A DNA stretch of 63,991 bases, counting the filler, from Ionaspis alba (Eukaryota): NCBI GenBank assembly GCA_964255285.1. It is 3 parts of 3 records of this genome, joined end to end, with 100 filler letters (N's around TTAATTAATTAA, not from the genome) between each part and the next. Parts side by side here need not be neighbours in the genome. Positions count along the whole stretch, not along the records: positions 1 to 22,628 come from CAXUUL010000200.1; positions 22,729 to 45,342 come from CAXUUL010000201.1; 1 more part is not named here. One strand, 5' to 3'. This document shows, in pieces, positions 11,159-23,067 of the stretch. A program made the translations under genes and the position numbers. Under the pieces are notes generated by a model. It was not told where the DNA came from and searched no databases. It saw only the letters and a list, made by a program, of their open reading frames with translations. How positions within the stretch are numbered: position 1 is the stretch's first letter; each line of letters starts with the position of its first letter.

Positions 11159-12701
11159 CTACAATTCATCCTTGAAAATCTCCTCACTCCCCTCGGCACT
11201 CTCGCCATCTGGCCCTGAGTTGTTTTCACCGCTTTGTTGTGACTCCCCACTAGCATTACCCTCATCATCACCTTCAACAATCCCTCTCAACTCCCTGCCA
11301 GCTGGCCCTTCAACAATCTCCAGTGACCACGCCTTGTCCCCAGCCAGCTCCTGAAGCTCCTTCCGCAAAGACTCCACCGTAGCAGGGTCCAAATCCAATT
11401 TCTTGAGATCTTCTCGAGATAGCGTTTGCACCTTTCCGCCCTTCTCATTCGGATCCGCTTTCGCCACAATCTCGGCTTTGCGCTGATTCGGATCCACAAT
11501 ATTTGGAGGCTTGATCCGTGGCCCGTCCTTGCCAACAATGTTCATACCGCCGACCTCGATATCACCGACTACCGGAAGAGCTTGCTCCCGCTTTCCCGTA
11601 TCGACATACTTTCGCTCCTTTTCTGCAGCTTTACGGGTTTGCCACTCCTCGACTTCAGCTTCTGGTACTATCTCTCGACAGGTGATGTAATGAGCTTTTG
11701 TCTCTCTGGGAGGCAGAAACGCGACGTCGTTGCAAAGTCGCGGGGTGTATATAACCATTAGATAGGAGCAGGTTGTAACCTCTTTGATCCAACCGATACG
11801 ATCGGCACTTTGGGGATGACAGTGAAATTGTACTTCGATTTTCCGTTCTTTGCCCGTTAGGTCGCATGTCGTGCCACCACCTAGTTTCTGGACAAGATAT
11901 CTCATATCCCCTTTTGTTTGCAATTGGCCGACCGCCGGCTCTGCTGTATCCTCTGAGCTACCTCCAATCTGCTCCTGCTGTCGCTCGGCCTGCTTTTCCC
12001 CTCCCTTACGGCCCTCGTATCGACCGAGGTAGTAGGCTGGCGTCTGAGGGTCCTCGATGGGCGGAAAGACTGGCATTCCACCCCTACCTGGTGGCAGCTG
12101 GTGGAACTGTTTGATATCGGCATTATAGCAGAACGAATATGACCACCATCCCGAAATGAAATACATGCAGTGGCCCTCCATATCTTTGAGCAGCTCCCAT
12201 CCTCGATTCGTAGCCCTTGCTAACTCTTTTTCTTCGTCCGCTTTGCTTCGAGTTGCAGACTCATTCTTTTGTGGTGGAGACACTTGTGGAATCGAGCACA
12301 GATAGGGCGCAGAATCTAAGATCATATACTCATAGGACTCGGGAAACTCGGAGAAGTCAAGATTGGGTCCACCATCGGAAGAGGTTGTTCCAGGCTGGCT
12401 CCGCGTTGAGAGCTCTGCCATACCTTGAAGCTCTTGAGAAGTGGTGGATGGTGTGGCCTTCGCTCTCGCGGACGAGCTAGAAGAGACATATGCCAACCGC
12501 GACTCGGCATCTGTGTCTGATATATATTTGTCTGAAAAGATTACCTCATACTAATCCAGCGGTCAGGCACGTTGGTAAGTCGTTGCGATCTGGATGGGTA
12601 CATACTTGGGGATAGGCGAGGAGATCATCGTGGACACTAAAGACATTTGGACTACTATACACAAGGCTAGCAGTCGCTAACAATATCATTCGCTGCCTCA
12701 T
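11159..12701 (-). CDS. YOS9: ER lectin OS-9/Yos9 (MRH domain)
   Basis: Exon 1 12701-12606 (signal peptide, FSVHDDLLAYPQ), intron 12551-12605; GWWSYSFCY, GTTCDLTGKERKIEVQFHC, IKEVTTCSY; C-terminal KDEL. Confidence 0.93.
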
Positions 12702-12936
12702 GATGTTTTGTTGAAGTTCAAAAAACCATTCGAGAGTACTTTGGACAACTGGCGACTACCAATATCGAGCCGAGGTTTACCCGTGCTGCTGTGCTAAGGC
12801 GGAACCCCCACCCACTTTAATGCCACATACTTTGATTGCGCAGGGACGATCTTCATAGACAGCCTTACAATTTCGACACGAGGATGAAGATGTATATAAA
12901 GCTCCTATTATCGTGAACTACGATCTATATAGCTCC

Positions 12937-13686
12937 TCAGTGCACAAGGACCACCGGCTTGCCCTTCTCCCAGGCGTCTAAGCTGTCTTTGATATTGATC
13001 CAATATCTCAATTTTACCGCTTCCTCCTTGGCAACATCCATATCATCCTTCTTGAACGCTGCATCTAGTATGGCCACACTCTCTTTGATTTTGGCATCAT
13101 TCGCCTCCTTCATCGGCTTGAGATCAGCCTCGTCCTGAAGTGCCTCTATATTCTCGCGCATCTCCAGCACTTCCATCAACAACTCAGGGTCTTCCACTTT
13201 TGCAGTCTCATCTTCCGCAACATCGATTCCTCGCAGGGAGAGCAAGTACTGCGCTCTTAGCAATGGATTCTGCAGTGTTTTATAGGCCTCATTGATCCTC
13301 GCCGATGCTCCTTCAGCGCGAGCTTTGTTTGGGCCATGGTGTCTGTCTGGGTGAGCTTTTGCTTGTAGCTGGAGGAATTCTCGCCGCAACTGCCGAATAT
13401 CGATGTCGAAAGGACCCTGTGGTGGAGGACCTGCAGGAGTGGTATCGGGGAAAATCTCGTAGTGCGTCCGAGGTCTCAAAGACTCGCGACGCGATTCTTG
13501 CGAGGGGCGCGAGTGCTGCTGGCGTGTCGACTGTAGCGATCTATATGGCACAGATAGTTGCGCGGAGTGGAACAGAGGAGATCGATGGAGTAACCCGGGA
13601 CATTGATGTTGTGACTCTAGGAAAGCATACTTGTGATATGTGACGAAGAACTGTCGAGCACCACTTGCGGCGACGCGGGTTGGCAT
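12937..13686 (-). CDS. JAC1: Mitochondrial Fe-S co-chaperone Jac1/HscB
   Basis: J-domain with HPD, SARINEAYKTLQNPLLRAQYLL, DPELLMEVLEMRE, LRYWINI; first ATG at 13686. Confidence 0.92.
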   Translation of the reverse strand: MPTRVAASGARQFFVTYHKYAFLESQHQCPGLLHRSPLFHSAQLSVPYRSLQSTRQQHSRPSQESRRESLRPRTHYEIFPDTTPAGPPPQGPFDIDIRQLRREFLQLQAKAHPDRHHGPNKARAEGASARINEAYKTLQNPLLRAQYLLSLRGIDVAEDETAKVEDPELLMEVLEMRENIEALQDEADLKPMKEANDAKIKESVAILDAAFKKDDMDVAKEEAVKLRYWINIKDSLDAWEKGKPVVLVH

Positions 13687-14299
13687 GTTGTGGCGCAAAT
13701 TTTGGATGAAGGGCGCATGTCACAAGTGAAAGCAGCCTCACAATCCTGGTCTTACGCTAGTGTAGGACTAGTTCAGCGCTAAGTCTAATACCGATCTCAA
13801 AGCTACATGTACGTTTAATTCTCGCGCAGTTAAAACTTGGTGAAGACGCCGAGACCGCTACCTCTAGCATCTTGGCCTGACGCTTTCGCGCTACTCGCGG
13901 GCATCATTAAAGGGAGCCTGTGTGGCCAACGTTGCGGTTGTGGGAAAGCTTGGTGCATGCTGTTGGATCTACGATTAAACATGGGCCGTCTCAACGAGCA
14001 AAGTGTATTGTTGCTTCACATGTGGAGTTCGACCTGACCCAGGGTGTACTCATGAATTGTTGCTTGCTGCCAATAAGCGTGTTTCTTATGCTAAGACCAC
14101 CATTTGCACGTGATGTCAATTCTTCTTGTCCAACCGATCTATCGAAGTTGCTCTTACTTTGCCACTTTCAGGGTTCTTTCTTGTGGCGATGTAAGAAGCA
14201 AAGATACCCAATGGGTGTCCATTCGTGTCTCTATATATGTTTAATAGAATAGCATTTGCTGGATCATATTCTAAGTTTTTTCTCGCTAATATCCTATGC

Positions 14300-15550
14300 T
14301 TAGGCAAACTTTTCACCAGTCAGGCTCTCACTAAGCTTCCACAGCTTCTGCGTGTTCTCCTCGCCAGTTGCGTGAGGCAGGACATCCGCCATTTTACAGT
14401 CCATAAGAAATCCTCCGGATGATGCTAGTTCACAAATTGTCAGACTTGCTATCACATGATTGGTAGAATCGATCTAGTGTCAACTTACGTTCAATAGAAG
14501 GATCTAGTGCTGCCACCAAGATGGTCCCCGCCCCTTGCTGGAGGGTCTTCGGAGCTTCCATAGGTGGCGTGTTATCTAAAATACATAGACAATCAGTGTA
14601 AGCCCCATTGCACTTAGAATGAACGTGCTGACCTCCAAATAGTTCCTTCCCAAGGTCAACGCCTTGTTGAAACGTCTCCTGTGTCACGTTTGTATTGCTT
14701 TGCAGGTTCGACTCAAGAATCACTACATATCCATCAGTCTGCTGGTCACAAACTATACTTTGCAGCATAGAGAACTGACATCCTGGGTGTACCGAGTACG
14801 ACTGTCCACCAGTCTTTTTAAGTCGGTCCGCCAGAGCCTGCGAGAAGAGCACATTCGCAGACTTAGACGCTCCGTAAGCCAACCATGGGTTGTACGCCTT
14901 GCCCTCCTACGCCACAAAGTCAGTAGGTTCGTTTCTCGTGGTTTCGAATCACCTGGACCCTACCTGGAAGTTCCAATCATCATAGCGAGGCCCGCCGAGA
15001 CCGTACCCCGTGCTCGTGACGTTGACGACTCTCGCCCCCTTCCCAGCCGCAACAAGCTTCTCCATAAGCAAGTTCGTCAGCAAGAAATGGCCGACGTGGT
15101 TGGCGGCAAACTGCATTTCGATTCCATCTGCCGACTTCTGGAAGTCCTTGACAGCCATGATGCCAGCGCAATTGATCAAAATATCGATTTTCTCGATCTT
15201 GTTGTTGATCTCCGTGGCTGCCGTTCGCACGGAAGAGTGATTGGTCAGATCGATCTTGATGAATAGAGCTTCGGTCTCAGGGCTGATCTGCTTGACTTTC
15301 TCGATCACCGGATTGACTTTGGTCTCGGTCCGAGCAAGGAGGAATAGTCGCTTCGGACGACCTGCAGCGATGGCAATCGCGGACTCGGCTCCTAGACCGC
15401 CTGCGCTAGCACCGGTGATGACGACTAGAGAGTCAGTGGCTACACAGTGATACCTTGGTCAAGATTGAGCTCACTATTCTTCTCACAAATACGCTCTTCG
15501 AATGCTCTTACCACCTCGGAGCTGATTGTCTCACGAGTGAAGGAGGACAT
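14300..15550 (-). CDS. Short-chain dehydrogenase/reductase (retinol dehydrogenase/WWOX-like), multi-exon
   Basis: ATG 15550, intron 15425-15474, then ITGASAGGLG, LINCAG, FAANHVGHFLLT, YGASK, SVHPG, KTLQQGAGT; last exon ...KLWKLSESLTGEKFA* ends at 14300. Confidence 0.88.
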
Positions 15551-16182
15551 TGTGATTAGCAAGTTGTCAGAGAAGTTGGATCGGCTTGAAAGGTCTTTGG
15601 TCTGAGAATTAGACTGCGGAAGTTGTGGATTCTACAGAGATCTAGCCATTCCCCAAGACTATTATATACATGTCTAGACATCATACTACCGAGCATCTGA
15701 TTTGGAATCCTCCCTTTTAGGGTTATGTTGACTCTGAGTCTATAAAGCGTTAGACCTCTTTTTCACGTAATCAGCCCGTGCTGAAGTTCGTCGTAGCTGG
15801 ACGCTAGTGAGTCGTCAAGTTTGTGGAGTTCACCATTGATTTCAAAGCAAGCATAACTCGAGCATAGGAGCATAAGGCGCTTTGTAATGATTTGTGCACT
15901 ACGCCAAGGATTCTTCACGATGACCAAAGTACCATCGCTGAAGTAGCCATGCTTCCGCAAGCTGAGGTGCCAACTGTGGTACGCTCCACAACGGCGATGA
16001 GCAGCTGTCATCCAAGACAGGAAGAACGCATACCCTCTAAAGACCATTGCTACAGCTTTCCAGATCAGACTCAAGCATGCACAATCGATGCTGGGTATCC
16101 AATGCCAACGTGGACCTTTCCACAATTATACATCGGCGTCTCCATGCTTCTCCACCCGTAGGGTTAGGGACAGAGTCGGCCA

Positions 16183-17007
16183 TCACAGCTCACAGGTAGC
16201 CGGCTCCAGAACCTTTTGTTCCGCCAACTCTTTTGACTTCATCTTCCCCTCCAACACAGTTGCGACAATATCTTCCTGATGTAAATGACGCAAGCTCCGA
16301 GGGAAGAAGTTGTTGCTCGAGTTCCTCCAGGTCTGAGGACGCGATGCCTTGCGTTCCACGAGAAGGGGAGATAACAGATACCCTGGCCTCAATGCCTCTC
16401 CTTCCTCTACTTGCAAAGCCATGCGATACTGCATCCAGAACTCTCTCGCCTCGTCCTCTTCTCGCACATGCCATGTTTGTGCCTGTTTCGTTTCCTCCCT
16501 AATATCATTCTCCTCCAGACTTTCTTTATCATGAGAGAACAATCTTTCGCTGCCAAAGTCCTCTTGCTTCTTCACCTTTCCATTTCTTTCTTTTATGGTT
16601 GCAGATTCTGACCTGAGAACCTCTCCTGCCTCTCTACCAGCTATGTTCGGGTTGGTAGATTCAGCTGATTGTCGATAATATTGCGTGGCAAGTCGTCTCT
16701 TAGTGACAAGTATGTCACCATCGTCAAGGTGGCGCGGCTTGCGAGCTTTTCGAAGACTGTTACTGTGCGAGGCGGAAGTAATCTGATTTCTTTGGCTAGT
16801 CCTGCGACTATTGAGGGTGTCGTGGTGTCCTGACTGGGCTTTTAATCGTTCAGTGTACGAGTTCGAAGGCTGCTGCAATGGTTTGACTCGAACGGAGCTG
16901 CTTCTCGTCGCAAGCTCGGTCGCCCTGATGACACGGGGGCTCGTAGAGAGTATCTCGGCTGATTTGTGTGAATGGAAGCGATGACCCATCTTTGTATTGT
17001 GAAGCAA
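16183..17007 (-). CDS. Hypothetical basic/charged protein, no recognised domain (probably has extra exons on both sides)
   Basis: 274-codon open frame divergent from the kinase; GTGAGC donor and CTAAC branch at its 3' end suggest further splicing. Confidence 0.4.
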   Translation of the reverse strand: MLHNTKMGHRFHSHKSAEILSTSPRVIRATELATRSSSVRVKPLQQPSNSYTERLKAQSGHHDTLNSRRTSQRNQITSASHSNSLRKARKPRHLDDGDILVTKRRLATQYYRQSAESTNPNIAGREAGEVLRSESATIKERNGKVKKQEDFGSERLFSHDKESLEENDIREETKQAQTWHVREEDEAREFWMQYRMALQVEEGEALRPGYLLSPLLVERKASRPQTWRNSSNNFFPRSLRHLHQEDIVATVLEGKMKSKELAEQKVLEPATCEL

Positions 17008-17179
17008 GAATTACTCGACTCCTTGTCATCACTTCTGTTTGCCAAAAAGGACGAACCAAGCACAAAACGAGATTTGGAGTCTGCAACATGTCCATCCTCT
17101 ATTAACTAGAAGGTATTGCCTATTCATCTAATGGAAGGTACAACACAGCATACAACCCTCGAGAAGCTCATATCAAACT

Positions 17180-18549
17180 ATGCCGAGCACGGAAGGAACA
17201 TCCAGACAGCTTAGACCACCCAGAACCACGACATGGAACAAGAGATACCAGGAAGCATTTGGGCTACCTGAGGGGCGTCCACGTTCCATCAATTACACCA
17301 ACGTTGAGCATCTTTACACACGTGTACGAACACTTGATGAAGGTGTAACTGGAATTCAAAGAATCGGAGGATGTAATCTAGGAATACATCTGGTGAAACG
17401 CAAGACAGACGGAAGACTTTTGGTTCAAAAGAAGATAGACCCATATACGCCTTGGTTGGAGCGGGAGATACATCTCTTGCATGTGCTTCATCATCCGAAC
17501 ATCGCCGCATTTGTTGATGCTTCCATTACGAGGAACCCAAAGGCAACGACTCTATATCTCGAATACTACGAGCTTGGGAGCCTAGATTGTTTGATTAACA
17601 AGTAGGTCGAAGTCCTATTGCAACAGGCTAAGAATTCCACTCGGTGAACACGGTTGTTCGGACCAGTTTGTTGGATCGACCGAGCTTAGCGTTGTTTACT
17701 CACGCCATTATCTGGCCTCCGTATTGGAACAGTATGAGGCTGACAGTACTTTCTAGGTATATTGGACATAACATGACGTCTCCGCCATCTCAGATATCTG
17801 AGGCATTCATCTGGCATGCTTTCCAAGATATCGCCAGTGCTCTCCAATACCTACATCACGGTCTCCACCCAGACGATGTTCCGCCTCCTCGATCCACCAC
17901 AGAAACCGACTACGAGATCGCCAAAGAGATGCAGAGTACATGGCCAACGATATTGCATCGGGACATTAAGCCTCAAAATATCTTCCTCCGAGCGGGCAGA
18001 CCTGTTCACAAAGTGCAACGACGGCGAAGGAGTTTTCCCCTGTGCTTCCTCGAAAAGGACTATCTGTACACCCTGCCCGCATTTCCCACGCTCGTTCTTG
18101 GGGACTTCGGCTTAGCATCACAACAAAAAGACAAGGACTTTGGAGAGACTGAAAATATGTGGGGTACATGCACTTGGTTACCACCGGAGCTGCCTGAAAC
18201 CACTGCGCGAGGAGACATCTGGACTTTAGGCCTACTGGTCTATTCTATGTGTAAGATCCTATCGGGAGGTCCTTTGCCACCACCTCCTGCAGACCTCGAG
18301 CATCTCGAAGATATCAAGAGATGGTGCAAGCAGGAAAGAACGAGAAATGTAGCCCACAGGTTCACAGTAGGAAAGACCTATTCAGAGGACTTGAACATGG
18401 TCGTGAGATTGTGCTTAAAGCGCAAGAAGGAGAATAGACCGTTTGCCTTCAGACTGGTTGAGTACATCGAGGAGGGACAGGGAAGAGCGGAGGTTCTGGG
18501 GCGTCTGAAGGAGAAGCAACTTCCGAAATGGGTGTTCGGTGACAGATGA
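17180..18549 (+). CDS. Divergent Ser/Thr protein kinase (NIMA/NEK-like lineage-specific type)
   Basis: Intron 17602-17756 joins two ORFs; VQKKI, REIHLL..LHHPNI, LYLEYYELGSL, EAFIWH, HRDIKPQNIFL, LGDFGL, GTCTWLPPE, GDIWTLG. Confidence 0.85.
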
Positions 18550-19176
18550 TCACGTAGTGTTCACTATTCGTCTTCACTGGATCACACGTGAACTGTCAGG
18601 TCGCCCTACGGTGATCTGTGAATCTATAACTATCAGAAAATCGTTCAATCAGGAGATGTCTGGAGTACGGAGACGGCGCTGTAGCTTAAGGATTAACGCC
18701 ATTTCTGCTACTACAGTCCCTAAGGTAGGCGTCTTTTCAAATTAGAGAGCCTGACGTCTACCTTGCACAAGTCCAGGATATGTTAATGGAGATACCAGTT
18801 TTATTGAACATAGCTGATCAGCATGAAAAAAATGAAGCAATCATGAGCTGCTCGCTTATTCACCACAAGGTGATGGCACGGCCAAGGTGCTGTGAACCGC
18901 TTCGATGAATGGGCATCATCAGAGCGTGACTCGTGGGCAAACTCCAATACGAGAACGCCTGAACATCAGTGGAAGAGTATAAGAAGGCCCTGGAGAACCC
19001 TCAAGGTCCCACTGTTGCATTCCCTATCCACAAAACTCATTCCACTCAATCCAAATCACTCTTATCCTCCTTCGTGCGTTGACCGCATCCGAATTCTTCA
19101 GTACATATTTTATACACAGTCTGTCCCGCGGGTGGTATCATTTGTGGCGTATCATAGCGTCAGAAGTACTTTGGCA

Positions 19177-19869
19177 ATGAAGCTAACAACGGGCTTGATG
19201 ACTGTTACCTTTATCCTAGCTCTCAGTGGTGCCATCAGTGCCGCACCCACAAATGCTCTGCCTGATCCCAGTAAGTCTTCCTACGCTCGTACCTGAAACA
19301 AGATGTAATCATCTTGGAGTCACTACCTTGTCTTGAACTTAGAATGATCTGACCACTCACTGTTTGCAGAGCCGACAAAATCACCTGATCTGCCAAAATT
19401 CACGTTGCTCGAAACTTGGGAAGAATATAAGTTGTTGCGATGGAGATTCGCATTTGACAAGCTCGATTGTGAGACGGTTCAGAAAAGAGTTAAGTCTTCG
19501 CAAGTGAGTATTTCTTCCTTCGTTCGTGTTTCACCACGATCCAATAGTGATTGTGCTACTCAAGATATCGAGCATGGGAGAAAAGTACTGATGATAACCT
19601 CAGAACTCGGCGATATCACGGATAATCTTCAATGCTATGACGCTAGGGCAAACCCTACTATCAAATCACTGGTGTTCGATCTTAGCACAGACCCAGAAGA
19701 CCCCAGAGGTATACACGGGGCTTGTGCTCTCTCGTACGTGCAAGATGCGCATGTACAATACTGTCTTCAAACTATTTGCGGCACCTGGGAAAAAAACAAT
19801 ACGTGCCCGAGAGTTAACGCCGTCAACTACAAACCCTTGGCCTTCGGAGAATTCCTCCCTGGAATCTGA
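19177..19869 (+). CDS. Small secreted Cys-rich protein, paralog A
   Basis: Signal peptide MKLTTGLMTVTFILALSGAISA-AP; intron 19271-19369 and a probable in-frame intron ~19508-19603; six Cys in the mature part. Confidence 0.75.
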
Positions 19870-20738
19870 AGACAAGCTGCTGTCGGTGCGCGCAGAGATA
19901 AACTACGATGTCAGTGTCGATGACTGGGACATGGGGATGAGAATGGACAGGAAAAGACGTGCCGGATGTTCGTGAATTACCGCCGTGCTATCGCAATTAG
20001 ATACTTCTAATGTCGCGCACTTTTCGGGACTTAGGAGTTTTCTGATGGCTTGTTTTGGCCCCGGCCTTATATAGCCGACTAGGAATCACATACGACTGTA
20101 TCGCATCTTCTGTACCACTAAGTTCTTTGCTGACTAACTCGCGTGTTTCCCATACGCAGTGTGCATACTCGAGCGAATCGATGGAATCCGTCCATCTAGC
20201 AGACAGCCTATGGTCTCGCATCGGTGCTCAGGCGGTCTCGTAAACGGCGTGGAGAAGAAGATTAAATATTCTCGCTGCAATAGTGCTCTGATCCATACCT
20301 GGTTTCTGCAACAGAGCTTCTTGCTCGGTACTGAGATCGCACTGTCCCTCGAATGAAGCACGGTCTGGCTCAGAAGAGAAAATGCTGGTGGTGTGAGCGC
20401 ATCGGTCTTCGGCCACACAACAATCGAGGTACCATGCTGTGTATTGCGAAGGCGACGAGAAGGGCCGGATGGTGATGGGTCGGGATGGTTGACAAAGAGA
20501 TCACTCGGGCGCTAGTGGACGACAACAAGCTGGCCACAAAGGACTCTTTGTGACCACAGTCGTAGTGCATATCCTGAATACAAAAGCCTCAACCTGTCCG
20601 TCTCCTTAATTCTATCTCATTCTTTTCTTTCCTCCTGCGTTGATCGCACAGACTCACTTTTAATAAACTCAACATACCAATTAGGACGCTGGTCGTTCCT
20701 CTTTTAAAAAAAGTACAAAGCCAATAGTTGTTGCCACA

Positions 20739-21367
20739 ATGAAGTTCTTCAACGGCCTAACCACTGTCATTGTTCTCGCTCTCTGTGGCGCTGCCATTGC
20801 AGCACCTACGGAGCTCCGTAACATTTCAAGTAAGCACTCCTCAACCTCTTCCTCTACCAAGACGGAGTCCTTTCGAGGTTTCGCACTGAGGGAATCATGT
20901 ACTGATCGAGAATGTTACAGATATAACCTCTCCAGATCTAGAAAAACGTGCCTCGCCCATGTTCGCGAACGTACGCAGCTGGCAGGAATCGCTAATGACC
21001 CGATGGCGTTTCAAGTTCATCAACACCAAATGCGACGCAATCACCAACAAAGCTGGTGGATGGGTAGCGAGTAAGTCCCCATTCCGATAGATTCCAATCA
21101 TGTCCCAGAAAGCCTCTGTTAATAGTAGAGGAGCATTGCTGATATCTGATTCTAGCGACTGTCAGTATGTGGTGGAACTTCCAATGCTGGTATGACCGGG
21201 ACCAAAAGGCAATGGTCTTTGACATCAGCGCCCCGAACACAGCCATAGGTCATCAAACAATGGCCTGCGCTATCTCTTTGATGAAGGGAGATCATGCTCG
21301 ATATTGCGTACCGCAGGCTTGCGGCACCTACACCGCCGATGACAGATGTGATGCATACTCCACTTAG
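20739..21367 (+). CDS. Small secreted Cys-rich protein, paralog B (Kex2 site LEKR)
   Basis: Signal peptide MKFFNGLTTVIVLALCGAAIA-AP; introns 20830-20920 and 21071-21155 give ...SPDLEKRASPMFANVRSWQESLMTRWRFKFINTKCDAIT...NFQCWYDRDQKAMVFDIS...MACAIS...YCVPQACGTYTADDRCDAYST*. Confidence 0.8.
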
Positions 21368-22628
21368 TCGAAAGAGGCAGCATGTGAATATGAGTCAGGC
21401 AAGGGGTACGACAAGTGTGAGTGGGAAGATCTTTTGCTTCTCTTGTTTCTGTACCAAAGTGCTGTCAATATGTCTTCTGTAGTTCCTGAACTCTGCAACA
21501 TTTGCTCTGGATCTTTTGCCTCTTTCGCAAGTATCGTGCGTATGAGAGAAACGGATGCATGCGCAAGCAGAGATGGAGAGGATGAAATAAGAGTATGCTT
21601 CATGCATTAACTGATTACCGGGCATGTCCCTGCAATCAGAGGCGTTCATTACCCCTCAACTGCTAGGACTTTCGAAGACATAATTGGATGCCCTGGTCTA
21701 ACCCCAGGTGTATCATAGAAGGTAGTCACATAAACGTGCATTAGGTATTTTGCGTAGTCAAGTCCTTTGCCAGGTGAGATCGGTATGCTGGCATGACAGG
21801 AACAACCGTTGCCTCATGACGATGTGCCTTGTAGCACCGTTGGGCTGCACAAACATACAGATGGTGACGACTTTTAAGGAGGTTTAGAATCCCTTGCATA
21901 AGGATGAGTGCGTCAGGGAAGGGGATTGGGTAAACTGGTCCCCGACTCGAGTCCGCCGGACTTGGTTCCACATGGACGCTGAATAAAGGTGCATTATCAT
22001 GGTAATACGTCCCGTGGAGTTTGTCTTAGATGTTTTCTCAACTCGCGTGAGCCAGCTCCGCGTTGTATGAGGCAAGGTGATGTATATATTAAGAGAAGTC
22101 GCCCACTACCTATTCGAATTTAATAGAAACTTTAAAAAACTTATTTAAAAAGAGCTCGTCCGTGTCGCGTAAAAACACGGCAAGCGAACAAGAAATTATC
22201 CGACAATCGCCGGCCCCGAAAAAATCCGTGGCCCCGGTAAAAAAAAAACGTAAAAAAGGAAAATCTTTCGTTGGCATCAGCGACGAGGGGGTCGAATGTC
22301 ATGGTTTGGCCCCAGGAGAATATCGGGACCCGGAGAAACTTTATTTCAGCCAACGCCCAGCCGGAAGAACGTTACCGCGGTCAATACCTCGAGCTTCAAC
22401 ACTAGCTTTTATAATGAATCTAGCAGTGAATGCAACGGTTGATGGAATAAAAAAATCACAGCGAGTTACCCAGAGGTGATTAGGTGTTATATAAATAGGC
22501 GTTTGGCTGCAGTTATCCGTTTTCTTCCTTGTTTTATGTTTTGTATCTACACCTTACCATAGAGCTCAAAGACATTGGCCACCTATTCTCACCCGTAATT
22601 AGTAAGGTTTAGCTACCTCTTGCTCGAC

Positions 22629-22728
22629 NNNNNNNNNNNNNNNNNNNNNNNNNNNNNNNNNNNNNNNNNNNNTTAATTAATTAANNNNNNNNNNNNNNNN
22701 NNNNNNNNNNNNNNNNNNNNNNNNNNNN
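22629..22728. other. Assembly gap with artificial linker (N44-TTAATTAATTAA-N44)
   Basis: Directly visible; the linker places stops in all six frames. Confidence 0.97.
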
Positions 22729-23067
22729 GCACGGCTAGAACCTTAGTGTTCCTGCTCTTTGGTGTGAGAAAGAGCTTTGGAGACCTCGTACTCAAAGGGT
22801 TACTCTTGCACTAAACACATATATGATACAACTTCTTCATGCGACAATTTGCAACTAATTGAGTGGTGATGCGCGCTGAAGTAGAGTGTCCCTGCCGTCA
22901 GTTGTCCAACCATTTTAACCATGAGAGTTTCATCCCAGCCTCCGTGTCCTTGATGCCACCTCTTTTATCCCTCTTCTGAGCCTTCAATAATCTAACACGA
23001 GGCTCTAATGCGATGCTCTCCATAATTGCAGTAATTATACATAATGTTCCGGCCAACTCCACTTTCT

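Noticed and set aside
22673..22684. TTAATTAATTAA palindrome inside N runs (also 45387-45398)
   Set aside because: Artificial six-frame-stop scaffolding linker; gene adjacency across these two gaps should not be trusted.
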